64,000 nucleotides of DNA from Octopus vulgaris. Its lineage: Eukaryota. The notes under the pieces are model-generated. The model saw only the letters and a program-made list of their open reading frames with translations. It made no database searches and was not told the origin of the DNA. The position numbers and the translations under genes are program-made. Within the stretch, counting starts at the first letter, position 1, and each line of letters opens with the position of its first letter. The stretch is taken from NCBI GenBank assembly GCA_951406725.2, contig OX597818.1, forward strand, positions 75,020,001-75,084,000, written 5' to 3'. Of this stretch, positions 14,994 to 28,771 are shown piece by piece.

Positions 14994-15682
14994 TAATCAA
15001 TATAGGGTGGCAAAAAATTTTGTAGAATTTTTTTGCCACCAGCGGCCTAGTGGGAAAAATTAAATAGTCATAGACCATTTATAAGTTCAACATCACAATC
15101 AAGGAACGGCCATAATAGGCCATTCACCCACTAGAAATAACAGCCAAAGCTTCAACCGCAAAATAACATTAATTCCGCAAACCAGGAGAAAATTAAAAAA
15201 CATTTACCCTGTAATTTCTTATACGATGCACCGTTTCATCTATTGTTTAATGGTAAACTAACCTGATTAAATTAAATCAAGCCAATCTTCCATAGGCCGC
15301 TAGATTCGTCAGTAAGAAATAGCCAGATCGGAACAGATATTTTCTTGCAAGATAAAGGACGCCGTGATGGCGTCAGGCCTATCTGGTGACGTTGATGTTC
15401 GCCTGGGGCTAAATGCAACAGTGACACCCCCACCACCCTGCCCTGTCCCTAGCCATATTCGGTTGGCTAATATCCCTTATATTATATATATTTACATATA
15501 CATAAATACCTATGCATATATAGCATAAATATGTGCGTGCACAAATATAATCAGTTTTGCAATTATATTATTAACTATCTACGTACATAGACACGCACGC
15601 TCTCACATATACGCTTGTATGTTAGTCTTCTCATCGATATACTGATATATATACACATATATATGTATATACACCTATATAT

Positions 15683-15729
<47 letters not shown>

Positions 15730-16399
15730 CGTGTGTGTGTCTGTGTGTGAATGCGTCTGTGTGTGTTTGCGTATTCTTATGTGTGCCTTTACATGCTTTT
15801 GTGTGTATACAACTGGGTTTATGTATATTCTTGCAAAGAAATCAACAAAAGTAGAGTGAGCCAGAGAGAGCTAGAGAGAGACACAGAGAGAGAAATTCGC
15901 GAAGAGTAGAATAGCTAGATGTGTTCCTATTTTACATTCAATAAATTAATGCCGAATTCTTTGGAAACGTTCCAAGTAGTTCAGGTATGACTGTTGCAAT
16001 CAGAAATATAAATACGCCGCCATTAAGTCTGTAAATTTACCGAACTTCTATTGGGATTCATCTTCTGATATTTATAGATTCTAAGAATGGTGTCAATGAG
16101 AGAAGCCTGTTTCATCGATATCTCGCTCATTTATGTCCAGTTTCGAACGTACAGAACTAGTTATAGAAATGTTCAAATATATCATTACTTCACTTCATCT
16201 AATAAATGACTAAAGTCTTGATTAAATATTGGTCGATGCTCGTTGCGTTCATTACTGTCACTCTTTCTTCTTGTGCGTATATATATATATATACAAACAT
16301 ACATACAGGCGTATGTATATAGATACATGCATACATGCATACATACATACATACTCATGTATAATGATGTCAGAAGAAAATTTTTCGTTAGACCTACAC

Positions 16400-16432
<33 letters not shown>

Positions 16433-16599
16433 TGCACACCAACACACATACATTATATATATGATATACGTATAGAAAGAGAGAAAGAGACAAGGGGAGG
16501 GAAAGAAAAAGAGAGAGAGGATTCTCCGAGGTATGCATACACTCGTAATTTAAAGGGAAAGAAAACGTCTAGAAATATTGTAATACTAATTTTATCCAG

Positions 16600-17945
16600 A
16601 CGTAGTATGATTAAAAGTTACCCATAAACTTTTGTTGGAGGCTTTTGCAATGGAGTTGGCTTCTCTAAAGTTTTGTTTTAATTCAGTGAAAAATTTTCAT
16701 AAAGAATTTTCATTCAAAAAAAAAACTGTATATTTTGTTGTTGGTGAGGTGGGATACTGAAAAAGTTAGGTTGCATTTGATCAATTGCTGACGATCGAAA
16801 TGATCAATGCGCATTATGTTGAGATTAAAAGAACTGGAAACTTTCATATCTTCTTGATTGTATTGTAAGCAACTGAGACAAAATGGCAAAGGTACTGTTG
16901 CCGTTTAAGGGACGTAAGACTACTCAATAGCGGCATTTCAAATTTGGAAATGTTGCTGCAGTTCAACGACAATGGAAGGGTGATTTTGGAATAGAGCTAC
17001 AAAACCTCTACGTCTGGCAATTTTACAGATTCCTGATAAGTCCGAAACACATGGTACCGTGTGTGGTGTACAGAATGGGAAACCCGGCAGCCCTCGTAGA
17101 GTAACTAATGCTACTTCCTTGGCTATGGTGTTTGAACATTTCACACACTCCGCACAAAACTTTACTGCTTAACGTGTATTTGAGACGGGAATAAGCAGTA
17201 CAAGAATAGGGCGCATTCTTAAAAGAGCTGAAGATTAAGAGTATTTACGTCTCACGATAATTACAAGCAAGTAACGATGACGATTCTGATCAAAGAATCG
17301 ATACTTGTGAGTGGCTTCTGAACATGGTAGGCGAGAACAATTTTGAGGCGTGATTAAGCACAATTTAAGCTAAATGAAAGAGTGAACCGGCATAATTGTG
17401 TTTACTGGGCACCAGAAAATCCTTGCTTGAATGTAGACAAAACAGTCCATTTGCAGGGAATCAATGTCTGATATGGACTGTCATAGAGAGATTTAATTAA
17501 GCCATTCATCTTTGAAGGTGCTGTTAATAATCAAGTGCAACTACACATGCTATATACGTCCATTTTACTTGCCATACATGCACTTAATGGAAATTACACA
17601 AACCGCCCCAAACTGTAAAAACATGAGAGCTTACTTGGATGAGAATTTGCAGGAAGAAGTGCCGTTGAGTTCTCCGAACATTCTCTTGATTCAACACCTG
17701 CAGACGTTTGGGGTGCCCCAAAGGATATGCATCGCAGAAAACCGGCTACACTGGTGGTCCTCCGAGAAGAAATTGGAGCGACATGTGCAGTTATCCAACT
17801 GGACACTTTAGCCAACGTCACCCAAGCAGCAGTTCACCGTACTAAGTACCTAGAAGCAAATGACTACTACTTTGAAGATCTCTTGTAAATGTAAAAGTTA
17901 AAGATAACTTGTATTGGTCCCGTGATGTTTGAACAAATTTAGTAT
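16600..17945 (+). mobile_element. Tc1/mariner-superfamily transposon relic (DUF4817-type HTH + DDE)
   Basis: [64 protein letters not shown]; many stops. Confidence 0.8.
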
Positions 17946-18006
17946 TAAGATATTTCTGTTTTCCTTTTCTTGAAGTGTGTATACATATTTTGGCGAACTC
18001 TCCCTC

Positions 18007-18037
<31 letters not shown>

Positions 18038-18041
<4 letters not shown>

Positions 18042-18387
18042 GGAGTGGCTGGGCAAGTGTCTTCTACTATAGCCTTAGGCCGAACAAAGCCTTGTGAGTG
18101 GATTTGGTAGACGAAAACTGAAAGAAGCCCGTCGTATATATGTATATGTGTATGTGTGTGTGTGTGTATCTGTGTCTGTGTTTGTCCCCCCAACATCGCT
18201 TGACAACCGATGCTGGTGTGTTTACGTCCCCGTAACCTAGCGGTTCGGCAAAAGGGGAAGATAGAATAAGTACTAGTCTTACAAAGAATAAGTCCTGGGG
18301 TCGATTTGCTCGACTAAAGGCGGTGCTGCAGCATGGCCGCAGTCAAATGACTGAAACAGGTAAAAGAGTAAAAGTGTAATAAAGAGA

Positions 18388-18390
<3 letters not shown>
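18038..18390 (+). mobile_element. SINE family B (internal microsatellite), head largely deleted
   Basis: gggcaagtgtcttctactatagcc..gtgagtggatttggtagacg..gcatggccgcagtcaaatgactgaaaca; ~10 copies in window. Confidence 0.9.
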
Positions 18391-18421
<31 letters not shown>

Positions 18422-18654
18422 GTGTGTATGCGTGTGCTTGTGTGTACGTATGCAAGCATAAATATCGAGCGATTCCCAATTGTTCAGATATCTGATTTTC
18501 ATTTTATTAGTAGACACTTTTCTACGTCTGCAGTTGCTCAGTAAATTTTACGCTACCAATGTGATTGTGAGATAAGTCATGAGTAGAAGACCAATCTTCT
18601 CAATATAATTTATTTCAATACAATATATTTCAAGTCATTTTAATACTTCAGTGA

Positions 18655-18957
18655 AGGGGCGTGGCTTAGTGGTTAGGGTATTCGGCTCACGATCGTAAGG
18701 TTGGGAGTTCGATATCCGGCGGCACGGTGTGTCCTCGAGCAAGACACTTTATATCATGTTGGTGTAGCTAACTCAGCTGACGAAAATGAGTAGTACCTGT
18801 ATTCCTAAAGGCCAGTCTCGTCACATTCTGTGTCAAGTTTAATCTTCCTGAGAACTACGTTAAGGGCACGCGGTCACTGTGGATTGCTCAGCCACTGGCG
18901 CGTTGGTTTTACGTGCAAGATGTTCCGTTGATCGGATCAACTGGAACCCTTGTGCCG
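18655..18957 (+). mobile_element. tRNA-derived SINE family C
   Basis: gcgtggcttagtggttaggg (A box), gagttcgatatcc (B box), tgtgtcctcgagcaagacact core; homologous to 46158-46474 and 50822-50990. Confidence 0.85.
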
Positions 18958-18959
18958 GT

Positions 18960-19480
18960 TGATGCTTCATAAAGTATTAAAATGATTTGCAAACTTAAAA
19001 TATCTAGTTTCCTCACCTTTTCGAAGGATTTGTTTGTTTCGGGGATAGTTCAAACATTTCGATAATGTTTTCTTATCCTCGGTGCATAAATGAAGACATG
19101 AATTTTGCAGCATTGCAGATGTTCTTGTCATGTGCTTAGTCGTAGATCATTTCTAGATATTGTCGGGAATGTAGATGAATGTCTTCAACTATCTTAATAT
19201 ACAACATAACAGATATATTGTTGTATACACGAAAGTTGTATAAAGCAAATTTTTCATTTTGTGTGTTTGACTGGCAACAAGTTAAAATACAATAGATTCA
19301 AAGTAGAAAAGTGTGTTGGTATGGCTTTTATTGAAATATCCACATATATTATTGTGTTCCTTTGGCCCTGCATCATTTGTCTCATATTACGGCAGTTGCT
19401 GTGTGTTGCTAAGTTATTTTACAATATGCTTGATTGCCCACTATGTCCCGTGGGTCTTAAAGAAAATCAGACATGTGATG
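18960..19480 (-). mobile_element. Possible Penelope-like GIY-YIG endonuclease relic
   Basis: Broken frames giving YVVY..RL..HMTRTSAM..HL..TNPSKKVRKLDIL, loosely resembling a GIY-YIG domain; heavily decayed. Confidence 0.25.
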
Positions 19481-19735
19481 TAACATTTAATGATTCAGGT
19501 TGTGTGTGTGAGAAGGGTAATGAAATGGGTAACGGAAAGAGGATATGAATGAGTGAATTGATGAGTGAATGAGGGAATGAGTGAATTGATGAGTGAATGA
19601 GGGAATGAGTGAATAAAGAAATGAATGAGTGATGGAGTGAGTGAATGCGCGAGTAATAGAATGAAAGGATGAGTGATTTGGATAAATGAGTGAAAGATTG
19701 TCTGAAACTGATGATATTACTAATAATAATAATAC

Positions 19736-19808
<73 letters not shown>

Positions 19809-19809
19809 C

Positions 19810-19967
19810 TGGATGTGTGATAGGAAGCTTGCTTCCCAACCACATGGCTCTGGTTCAGTCCCACTGCGTAACACTTTGGGTAAGTGTCTTTTACTACAGC
19901 CGCGGGCCGACCAATGGCTTGTGAGTGGATTTGGTAGACGGAAACTGGAGGAAGCCGTTGTGAATAT

Positions 19968-20017
<50 letters not shown>

Positions 20018-20220
20018 TTGGGTGCGTTAGTGGTTGTCTCTCTACCAACGCTTGATACCGATGTTGCTGTGTTTGAGTACCCGTAAATTAGCGATTCAGC
20101 AAAAGTGGCCGATAGAGTATGTACTGGGCTTACAAAGAATAGATCCTGGGGTCGATTTATTCGACTAAAGACAGTGCTCCGGCATGGCCGCAGTCAAATG
20201 ACTGAAACTAGTAAAAAAAA
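19810..20220 (+). mobile_element. SINE family B, near full length, preceded by (AAT)n
   Basis: tRNA-like head (ggttcagtcccactgcg) plus family B body and tail. Confidence 0.9.
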
Positions 20221-20329
20221 AGTGTAAAGGAAAAAGACAACATCAGGAACATGGTGAGGCTGCCAAGATAAAAAAAATACCTACAGACCCTACCTTACCT
20301 CAGTTTTTCAAAGACATTATTTTACAGAA

Positions 20330-21030
20330 GCCCAAGAGATAACAGCGTAAATAAAGACTTTTAAGAGAAGGTCTCGCGCTCGGCAGTACTTCAGTACAGA
20401 TACAGACCGACTTCCGTTAATATTCTGAGACAGTACCAGTATATAATATTGTAAGGAGGAGGGAAGGGGTAAGCGAAAATAACAAGGTGGTGATGCAATG
20501 CTACTTCGAAAGTGTGGCCGTAGTTTAAACTCTTTTGCCATGTCTGTTTCTAAAGCTAACATGTTATTTAGTTATACCTTGTTCGAAGAATAGCTTCATA
20601 TGTTCTAGGATAATGATCAAATACTTTATTTGGATGTGATATCAGAGCGATTCTTGATAATTCTCACACATAGGCAGGCATTTCCCTTTGTCTATGGGTA
20701 CATATACTGCTGTGCAGCAATCTGACGGCCACTCTTCATGCCTCCAGATCTCGCAGTAGGTTGTGGTGTATTGTTATGGTACTCTCTCCTGACACTTGAC
20801 CAGTTCAATCGCCACTGCATCTAGATCTAGTACCTGCCCGTATTTTGTCTTTGCCGGAGCCCTTTCTACATCACTTGCTTATGGTTGATTCTCATACCCT
20901 AAATCTGTGTCGGCCACATATCAATGAACCATGCGCTTTCTTATCCAGGAATCATATCCACAACTTCCTAATCGTGAGCCAAACAATCGAATCAAATATT
21001 TATTTTAACAAACTCACATGTCTATAGATG
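20330..21030 (-). mobile_element. RTE-clade LINE reverse transcriptase relic
   Basis: DAVAIELVK..CEIWRHEEWPSDCCTAVYVPIDKGKCLPMCENYQ..IIILEHMK..SFRNRHG corresponds to RT domains 0-2 of RTE-type ORF2. Confidence 0.75.
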
Positions 21031-21759
21031 TTTGAATATTTATGGATCGTTTTTATTGTATGTTTTTGTGTTGCTCGAGTATATAATTACATACATGTAC
21101 ATATATGAATGTCTTTGTGTGTGTGAGTATGTGTGTATGTTTATGTAAATACATAGGTTTCCAAACATATTGCACAAATAAACAGAAAACCAGATATATA
21201 AATATATGTATGTGCGTGTGAAGATACAGAAGAAGGAAGATACATCCATGCATACGAACACATATCCGAAGTACGTACATACATAATTAAATGCCTATAC
21301 GTAGATTAATCCTTGCATATATCAAGGATCCATTCTGAAGTAAGCCATAAACATAGATTAATCCCATGAAATAGCAATGGAAGATAACAGAGGGTTAATA
21401 TTAAACATTAAGTCCACTTAATAATAACGTTGTGGACATTGTATTAATTCCTATTCACACCAATATAAAAGAACGAATACTTATACATATCTAATATTCG
21501 AAATATTGTAATTAAATTAGTTCGGACGTGAAATTGTTGAATATAGTTTGTATAATTCCAATATTCAAGCACATTCTGGATACTCAGAAATATATATATA
21601 GGCCAACAATAATCTATCTTAAAATAGTCTTCTGTTAATTCAACGCTAAATCTATTTTTACTCCATAAATTTTATTCATGATTTTAATGATATCGATGAT
21701 TTAAGTTTTATCATCGTCTTATCAGCATCATCACGATCTTCTACACGTCTGACTGTATA

Positions 21760-22440
21760 TCAACAGCCATTAAGATCTATATCATTTGAATAACCTCCAC
21801 TAATATATTATTACCTACCGCCACCAACACCATCACTATATATTTTTAAGCCGGCAACATCAGTCACCACTAATATTACAACCAGCATCATCATGACATC
21901 AACTAGCAACAACTGCAAAACAAACAGCGAACAATAACATCTACGTCAGCAATAATGTCAGTGGTATGAACATTCGAAACACCAATATCACCAGCGCAAC
22001 TACAACACCAACATCAAGACAACCAAAACACTAATACGAACACCGGCTACAACACAGACAACCCCAGCTGTATTAATGCTACTGCCAACGACATTAACAT
22101 TCGAAACACTAAATACCAATTAAAAGCACCAATGCAAAAACAACAACCCCGATAACAGCATCAACACAGCTCTAATCAAAATATCAAGACAACGACATCA
22201 CCAAAACCTGTAAACAACGACACGACCACCATATGGACATCAACGCAATATCCACATCAACACCAAAAGGACGACACAACAAAACAAAAATACCAACCAA
22301 CATCATCCCAACAGGAGTATCACCAGCACAACCAACAAAAGTAACACCATAAAAGAAAACACAAACATCAATGCCATCGAAGACATCTCCAACAATAACA
22401 GAAACACAAACGTTATCAATAACCATCATTAAATAATACA
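21760..22440. repeat. (CAA/CAC)-rich low-complexity tract
   Basis: Direct observation. Confidence 0.8.
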
Positions 22441-22706
22441 AAAAGAGAATAAAATGACAGAGAAAACAGGGAGTAATCGATACCCCAATTGCTAAGTGCT
22501 GAAATGTTAACGACTTGTCTTATATGCAAATAAGATATTTCTTTCTTTCTTTTCGTAGTTGAGAGTAATACTTCTTCGTGGATACTGAATTGAAGTAGGA
22601 TATCTAAGAGACAGCGGGGATATCTTAAAGACTATGGTAGAAGTAGAATATCTTACAGACACCAGAAAGCATAATAGACAAACAAACCGTAGAGGTGGAA
22701 GTTATA

Positions 22707-22813
22707 CGAGGTGTGTATGAAAAGTTTTGAGCTTTCAAGGCCTTGTACCTTCATCAGAAGTCTTGTACCATGTTTTGTTTTTTAGAGGCTCAAAACTTTT
22801 CATACACCCCTCG
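22707..22813. mobile_element. 107-bp mariner-type MITE
   Basis: TIRs cgaggtgtgtatgaaaagttttgagc / gctcaaaacttttcatacacccctcg (26 bp, 1 mismatch); TA on both sides. Confidence 0.92.
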
Positions 22814-23149
22814 TAAAAGCAAAACTTACTAATGGGTCACAGCGCATAATATTATAGTCAAACTACAGACAAATGTTTAATAAATAGACCACAGAATAAA
22901 CATTCGAGTATCCTACAAATAAGCTGTAGTGGAATATATAAACTTTGAGACGAGCCATAGCAGAATACATTACATATGTACAGACTACAGTAGGTGATTT
23001 ACCTTGAAGGAAAGAGATGTCATAACAGCATATAAGGATTAACCCGAAATCAAAGCGAAAATGGGCATAACATTTTTTTTTCTTAACTAACATAAGTTGT
23101 TCAAATTGCATGTTACTGAGTTAATCTTCCTCTTTAGCAAATCTTCCTG

Positions 23150-24010
23150 TTCATCTTCATTGCAGGCATACAACAGGTTCCAAGAAGAAGCGATACACTT
23201 CCACTGAGTTCATGACAAAAAAGAGGTGTCCAACATCCACAGAATGCTACACGCTGTTTGTGCAGATAGATGAAGTTGTCTGAATACAAACCAAACACTG
23301 AGAGACCATCAACTACAACCACTGACACAAATCGCCAGTGAGTGGCTGAATTGATTGACGCAAGTAGACGAATCACAAATCCGTGAGCTTGAGCACAACT
23401 GGGCTCTGGCTACAATGTATTACCGAAGATAATGGAAGATTTGTGATATTGGAAACTTGGCAATTGACATCTGATTTGAATGAGAAAAGGGTGGAAAGCC
23501 GTTCTTATCCGTAGAAAGCATCTAAAGCAAAAGAAATCGGGGGTTTTTTTCGGTTAAATGACAGGGTATAAAACGTGAGTGTACGTTTAGGAATCATGCA
23601 TCAGATTTCTTCTCCCTCGTTCAGTAGAGAAAGTTATGATAACAGCACTTTGAGGATGACTTGATAACGTTGTTGAACAGTCAACAGCAAACAGTATATT
23701 TTGACACTCAGAAAATTTAGAGAAGCCGTTAGGAAGACCAGATCGGAGAGGAATTTGGAAAATATCCACGTTTCATGACAATGTGCAACCACACTCATCT
23801 TTGGCAACAATTGGCAAATTAGGATCTCAGTGCCCCACCCACCTCCGCTGTACTATCTGCATCTGGTACCCTTGTATTTATACGTCCAAGAAAAGACAGC
23901 ATTCGGAGACAACAATTTAATGATGCAGACAAGGTAAATGTAGTTGCAATAAGTGGATACAATAGTGTACACCTGAACTTTTTCAAAGATGACTCGAGAT
24001 TTGACTTGAA
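23150..24010 (+). mobile_element. mariner transposase relic
   Basis: RPSTTTTDTNRQ..ELIDASRRIT, MTGYKT (xTGDETW), KVMITAL, FHDNVQPH; similar to 45000-46700. Confidence 0.7.
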
Positions 24011-25225
24011 CAATGGCGTAAATGCATCACCTGTAATGAAGACTATGTTCTGTATCATATTTTTTATGGAGCAAGAATTTACGTTCAAGCTGAATGTCCT
24101 AGTTCAGTTACTAAAATATTATGTCTAGTTTTACATTACTTTCAGAAATCTAGAAAATAAGAGGTATAGACCACAGCACACTAATTTACAGGGCAGACAG
24201 CATTCAAATATATTATGGGTAGATACACCACAGAATAGGGTACAGAAAGCCCACAGAAGAATATAATTCAAACAGAGAAGTCAGAGCAGAACGATTTACA
24301 GACAGAGGGACAAAATAGAATATTAAAGAGTCAAACCATAGAAGGATATCATGCAGAGAGTAGTAGACACTAGATAATCTTACCGACAGGAGGATCAAAG
24401 TAGTATACAGACAGACAAAAACAACACAGAAAATATTTTAACGAATAGAGTATAGTGCAATGACCTACAGATATATCAAAGCAATACATCTAGAGACAGA
24501 ACAGCCATATTAGAGTATCATAGAAATATAAAGACGACAGAGGAATATCTTACAGGACAGGCAGACGACAGTAGTTTATTTTACATCAGAGACAGACAAC
24601 AATAGACTGTTTTACAGGCAGACATTTTATGTTCGATCGCTTTAGATTTAGAAGAGACGACGACGACGATAAAAATAATTTTCAGGTAGATTATAGCAGA
24701 ATATGTTATAAACTGAAGGAAAATAGTAGAAGAGCTCAAAGATAGCCAGATTGCATTAGCTTATCTAACAGACAGATCACAGTAGGATTACTCACAAACC
24801 ACAGTTAAATATATTGAATATATTATAGACATTTGAATATGTGATCATAGTTGAATCAAACGTGAACATCGTTGAATATGTGATCATGTATCTCAGAAAG
24901 GCATTACACTTATAGACGAAATCAACTAGTACTGTCTCCAATATAGAAAGTTTTTCACAGATGTTGAGATTTTGTTATGGTATTCTCCATAACTAAATTA
25001 TTTACAGCCAAAGAGCCAAAGTCTAATCTGTTGCACGACTTCGTGTTAAAATGAGCAAAATCTCTCAGAAATCACATCATTCTGTCTTAAATATAAGCAC
25101 ATAAAAGATAAGGTAATGCTATATATATATTATTTTATATAAATATCAGGATAGGCATGACTGGAGTACATTCAATCTTAGGTCTACTTTAATCATGACT
25201 GGTCTGTGGCTAAACAAAAGCACAA

Positions 25226-25465
25226 AGGATGGCGGAATATCGGTAGAATAGTTACAGTACCCGATATAATGACACGCGTAATTTGTTTCGTCTGCCATAC
25301 GAGTTCAAATCGCGCCGCGATCAAGTTTACCTTTCTTTCTTTCTTTCGGAGTCGATATAAAAATGTAGCAATCCAAAGCAAAATACTGGTAGAAATGTGA
25401 GGACGCTGAATGTCTTGTGTTATCTATTACGGCTCATTGGGTTCTGAGTTCGAACCCTGCCATCG
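25226..25465 (+). mobile_element. SINE family A, two decayed tandem fragments
   Basis: gagttcaaatcgcgccgcgatcaagtttacctttc and gttctgagttcgaaccctgcc. Confidence 0.6.
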
Positions 25466-25904
25466 CTTAGGTCTATGGTAGACGTAATCTGTCAGCCGAT
25501 TTAACCTCACCATGTATTTTTAGCAGAATCCACTCTGTTGCCAGCATTTGGGACAGGATTCCGGTTTGAGAATAGCTGTTTTCATCCCACTGGTAAGAGA
25601 TTCTGTCACAGTTCCAGGATAGTGCACTCCCTCAGGATTAAAATACAAAATAAACTACATTATAGTTTTTTTTTTAATCTAATGTTTTATCTCTTAATTC
25701 ATTCAGTCATGGGATTGCGGTCATACTAAGGTTTTGCCCTGGTGGATTTAAGTCGAACAAGTCGAAAACAGTATTTAGTGTTGTACGTCTGGTACATATT
25801 ATATATGTATATATGTATGTGAGAGTATTTGGTAAAAGAAAACTGGAAGACGCTCATCGTGTATATATATATGTGTGTATGTGTGTGAGCCTGTGTGTGT
25901 GCAT

Positions 25905-26305
25905 AGGCACAGGTGTGGGTGTTTGATAATCACATGGCTCCAGGTTCGTTCGCATTGAGGGGCATCTTTGGCAAGTGTCTTCTACTATAGCCACGGGTTG
26001 ACCAAATCCTTGTGAGTGAATTGGTAGGTGGAAACTAAAAGCCGTGCAAACATATATATATATATACACACACGTGTGTGTATGTTTGTGTGTGTGCGTG
26101 TGTATCTTTGTCACTGTTTATCCCCCACCACCACTTGACAACCAGTGATGGTATGCTTGCGTCACGTCCCCGTAAAGTAGCGGCTCGGAGAAACAGACCG
26201 ATAAAATATTTACTAAGTTTAAGAAATAACTCCTAGGGTCGATTTTTGTGACTAAAACCATTCAGAGCACTGTGCCAGCATGGCAGCACTCACATGCCTG
26301 AAACA
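25905..26305 (+). mobile_element. SINE family B
   Basis: ggcaagtgtcttctactatagcc..gtccccgtaaagtagcgg..gcctgaaaca. Confidence 0.85.
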
Positions 26306-26619
26306 ATATATATGTGTGTGTGCGTATGTGTGTGTGTGTTTGTGTGTGCGTGTGTGTGTGTGTGTGTGTATAGAAATAATACATTTCTAAATCTCTCGGA
26401 GAGATTTATGCAGTAGCAGCACGATAAAGGATGGATGGATAGATTGACGGATGGACAGTGGATGGATGGATGGATGGGGAAAACTGATTGACTATTGATT
26501 TAGCCCTATGGTAAACAGCCGTCTAACAAGAAACGGTGTTTCCTATGGCTAAATAACAGTAGCATTCTTCCCTTTCATGGGACAGTCACAATAAGTTGAT
26601 AACATACTATCATATATAA

Positions 26620-26650
<31 letters not shown>

Positions 26651-26918
26651 CATGCATGCATGGATGGATGGATTGATGGATGGATGGATGGATGGATGGA
26701 TGGATGGATGGATGGGTGGATTGATGGGTCGATTGACTGATTGATTGATTGATTTTACAAACTGGTAAAGGCGAGCCAGCCGAAATTTTGAAGTCACTGT
26801 TAATCTTTTCTTTCTATTGAGCAGTCCTTCAGTTTAATATGGAAACGTTTTTTTTAATAAATAACTTGAGATAAAAACAAATATTCATATGGATGTGTTT
26901 GTGTGTTTATGGTCATAC

Positions 26919-26994
<76 letters not shown>

Positions 26995-27013
26995 ATATAT
27001 GTATATATATATG

Positions 27014-27079
<66 letters not shown>

Positions 27080-28030
27080 ATATGTATATGTGTATATATA
27101 TATGTGCATGTATGTATGTATAGATAGATACACTGAGAGATAGAGAGAGAAGAGTAGAGAGAGAGGGGGCGAGAAAGGTACAAATGATATTTCACAAGTT
27201 TTGAGATATGAATATAATTATCTCCATCTTTGTTTGTACGGAACAACAGCTAAAAAAAACTGGGTTCGTAACGGTTGAAAAGGGTAATAGAAAAAACATC
27301 GGGAAAAACTATAAAAATTGCTATTAAAAATATTAATAAATTCTATCACGTAAAAGGAAATTCCACAATAAAGAAATATATAAACCACACGAACTACCGG
27401 GACCCGTGAGACTATACGTACTAAATCAACTTCTACTTATGTATAATAAATGTAAATTGAATAAACATTGTTACAAAGTAATATTCATATTAATGTAAAA
27501 ATATATAGGATAATTGTGCACAGGAATATAAAAACTCGACCAAATAAGAAAATGTGAAGTGTATAGGGTTATAAGTATCAAAACACAGAGAATAAGTATA
27601 AGAATAGAATAACGATAAAACATTATCAAAATATAGAAGAGCATCTCTGTCTAGTAATGTTTCGGATGTTTTTGTCTTTGCTATCTTCGTATTGTTTTAT
27701 GGAATGTTGTTATTGATTTGCCGGCTCCGTGTTTCTCTTGGAACTTCGCAATGTGTGTGTGTGTGTGTGTCTTTTACATGTTTCAGTCACTGGTCTGTGG
27801 TCATACCAGAGTACAACTTTGAAGATTTTCATCGAACGACACGACTCCAATAATTATTGTTTTTATTTCTTGTACTTCGTCTATCGATTTCCGTTACCGA
27901 ATCACTAAATTAAGATGCTGTAAATAAAGGTGTTTTGACTCTTATTTCTAGCAATACTGGTGCTGATTAGTGTCCTTTGTTCACTTTAGTGATGTATATA
28001 TTTCTGTTTTTAGGTTGTAAAAGTGCGAAT

Positions 28031-28449
28031 GGATCTTTACCTTTAGGTGTAGGCTTAGAGTTACGGAAAAAAATGAAAAATGAAGCACGAACGATTACGG
28101 TGGTGCCATGAAGTAAACATGCTTCAGATACACTCGTTTATTCATACAAACATAACTGAGATTAAATATGTCATAAATAACAGTGACAAGCGAAAAATAC
28201 ACCGCCGATAGTTGTTGTTGACAAACAACGGCAGTAATTTTATTCAGCTGAATACACGTCATTGATTGGTTGAAATAACCGAAATACGACAACTTTAACA
28301 AAAAAATAACTTCCAAAATACGGAATTTTCTCAACAACGCCAAGAGTAGAAGATGTTTTATGTGACACATTCTACAAGTATACGAAGTTTGAAAGTGTTT
28401 AGTTACAAAAAATTATTTTTTAAACCTGTCGGTCAAAAGGTAAACGTCC
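28031..28449. mobile_element. Non-autonomous DNA transposon with GG-starting TIRs and 8-bp TSD
   Basis: TIR ggatctttaccttt / aaaggtaaacgtcc (12/14); flanks gtgcgaat and ttgcgaat (7/8). Confidence 0.7.
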
Positions 28450-28573
28450 TTGCGAATATGCCGCCCATATATTAATAATTTTCACTTTTACTGTTTATGA
28501 ACTCAGGGTATGATTTCAACAGAAATCTTATAAACTGACAAAGCGAAATTAGTTTAATCCTAGGCGCAGTGAC

Positions 28574-28618
28574 AGTCACTGATGAGCATTAAAATGCGAA
28601 ACCATCGACGATCTGACT
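28574..28618 (+). ncRNA. Type-I hammerhead ribozyme, canonical core
   Basis: agtca-CTGATGA-gcat taaa atgc-GAAA-ccatcgacga-TC-tgact; stems I and II perfect; helix III near-palindromic (accatcgacgat) with mismatches; AUC site. Confidence 0.8.
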
Positions 28619-28771
28619 ACGTCCGCAGCTGAAGGAAGCTGTGCCTCCCTTGCCAGTCACTAAGAGGGTGATTTCAAAGGCTATCCAGTTGTTTTGACTC
28701 TTTATTTCAAGCAATACTGATGTTGATTAGTGCCCTCTGTGTGTGTGTGTTTGATGTTTACATATATGTAT

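Larger units (their letters stand above)
22590..24930. repeat. Ancient degenerate minisatellite (~25-30 nt unit, approx. acagacagaccacagtagaatatctt), interrupted by a MITE and a mariner
   Basis: Recurrent agac..acagtagaatatcttac variants at 22590-22700, 22830-23030 and 24160-24930. Confidence 0.55.

Noticed and set aside
15006-15040. 12-bp hairpin ggtggcaaaaaa/ttttttgccacc
   Set aside because: Short and half homopolymer; at most a collapsed transposon end
18655-18730. Functional tRNA gene (also 45600 and 59855)
   Set aside because: These are SINE or repeat heads with broken cloverleaves
21329-21378. ccatt-ctgaagt..gaaa..aatgg
   Set aside because: A9 missing, no stem II, no NUH site
22724-22765. 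Minus-strand ctgatga..gaaagctc hammerhead-like match
   Set aside because: Overlaps a mariner MITE TIR; stem I only 2 bp and stem II weak
22590-24930. CRISPR-like periodicity
   Set aside because: No invariant repeats or unique spacers, no cas genes, eukaryotic context
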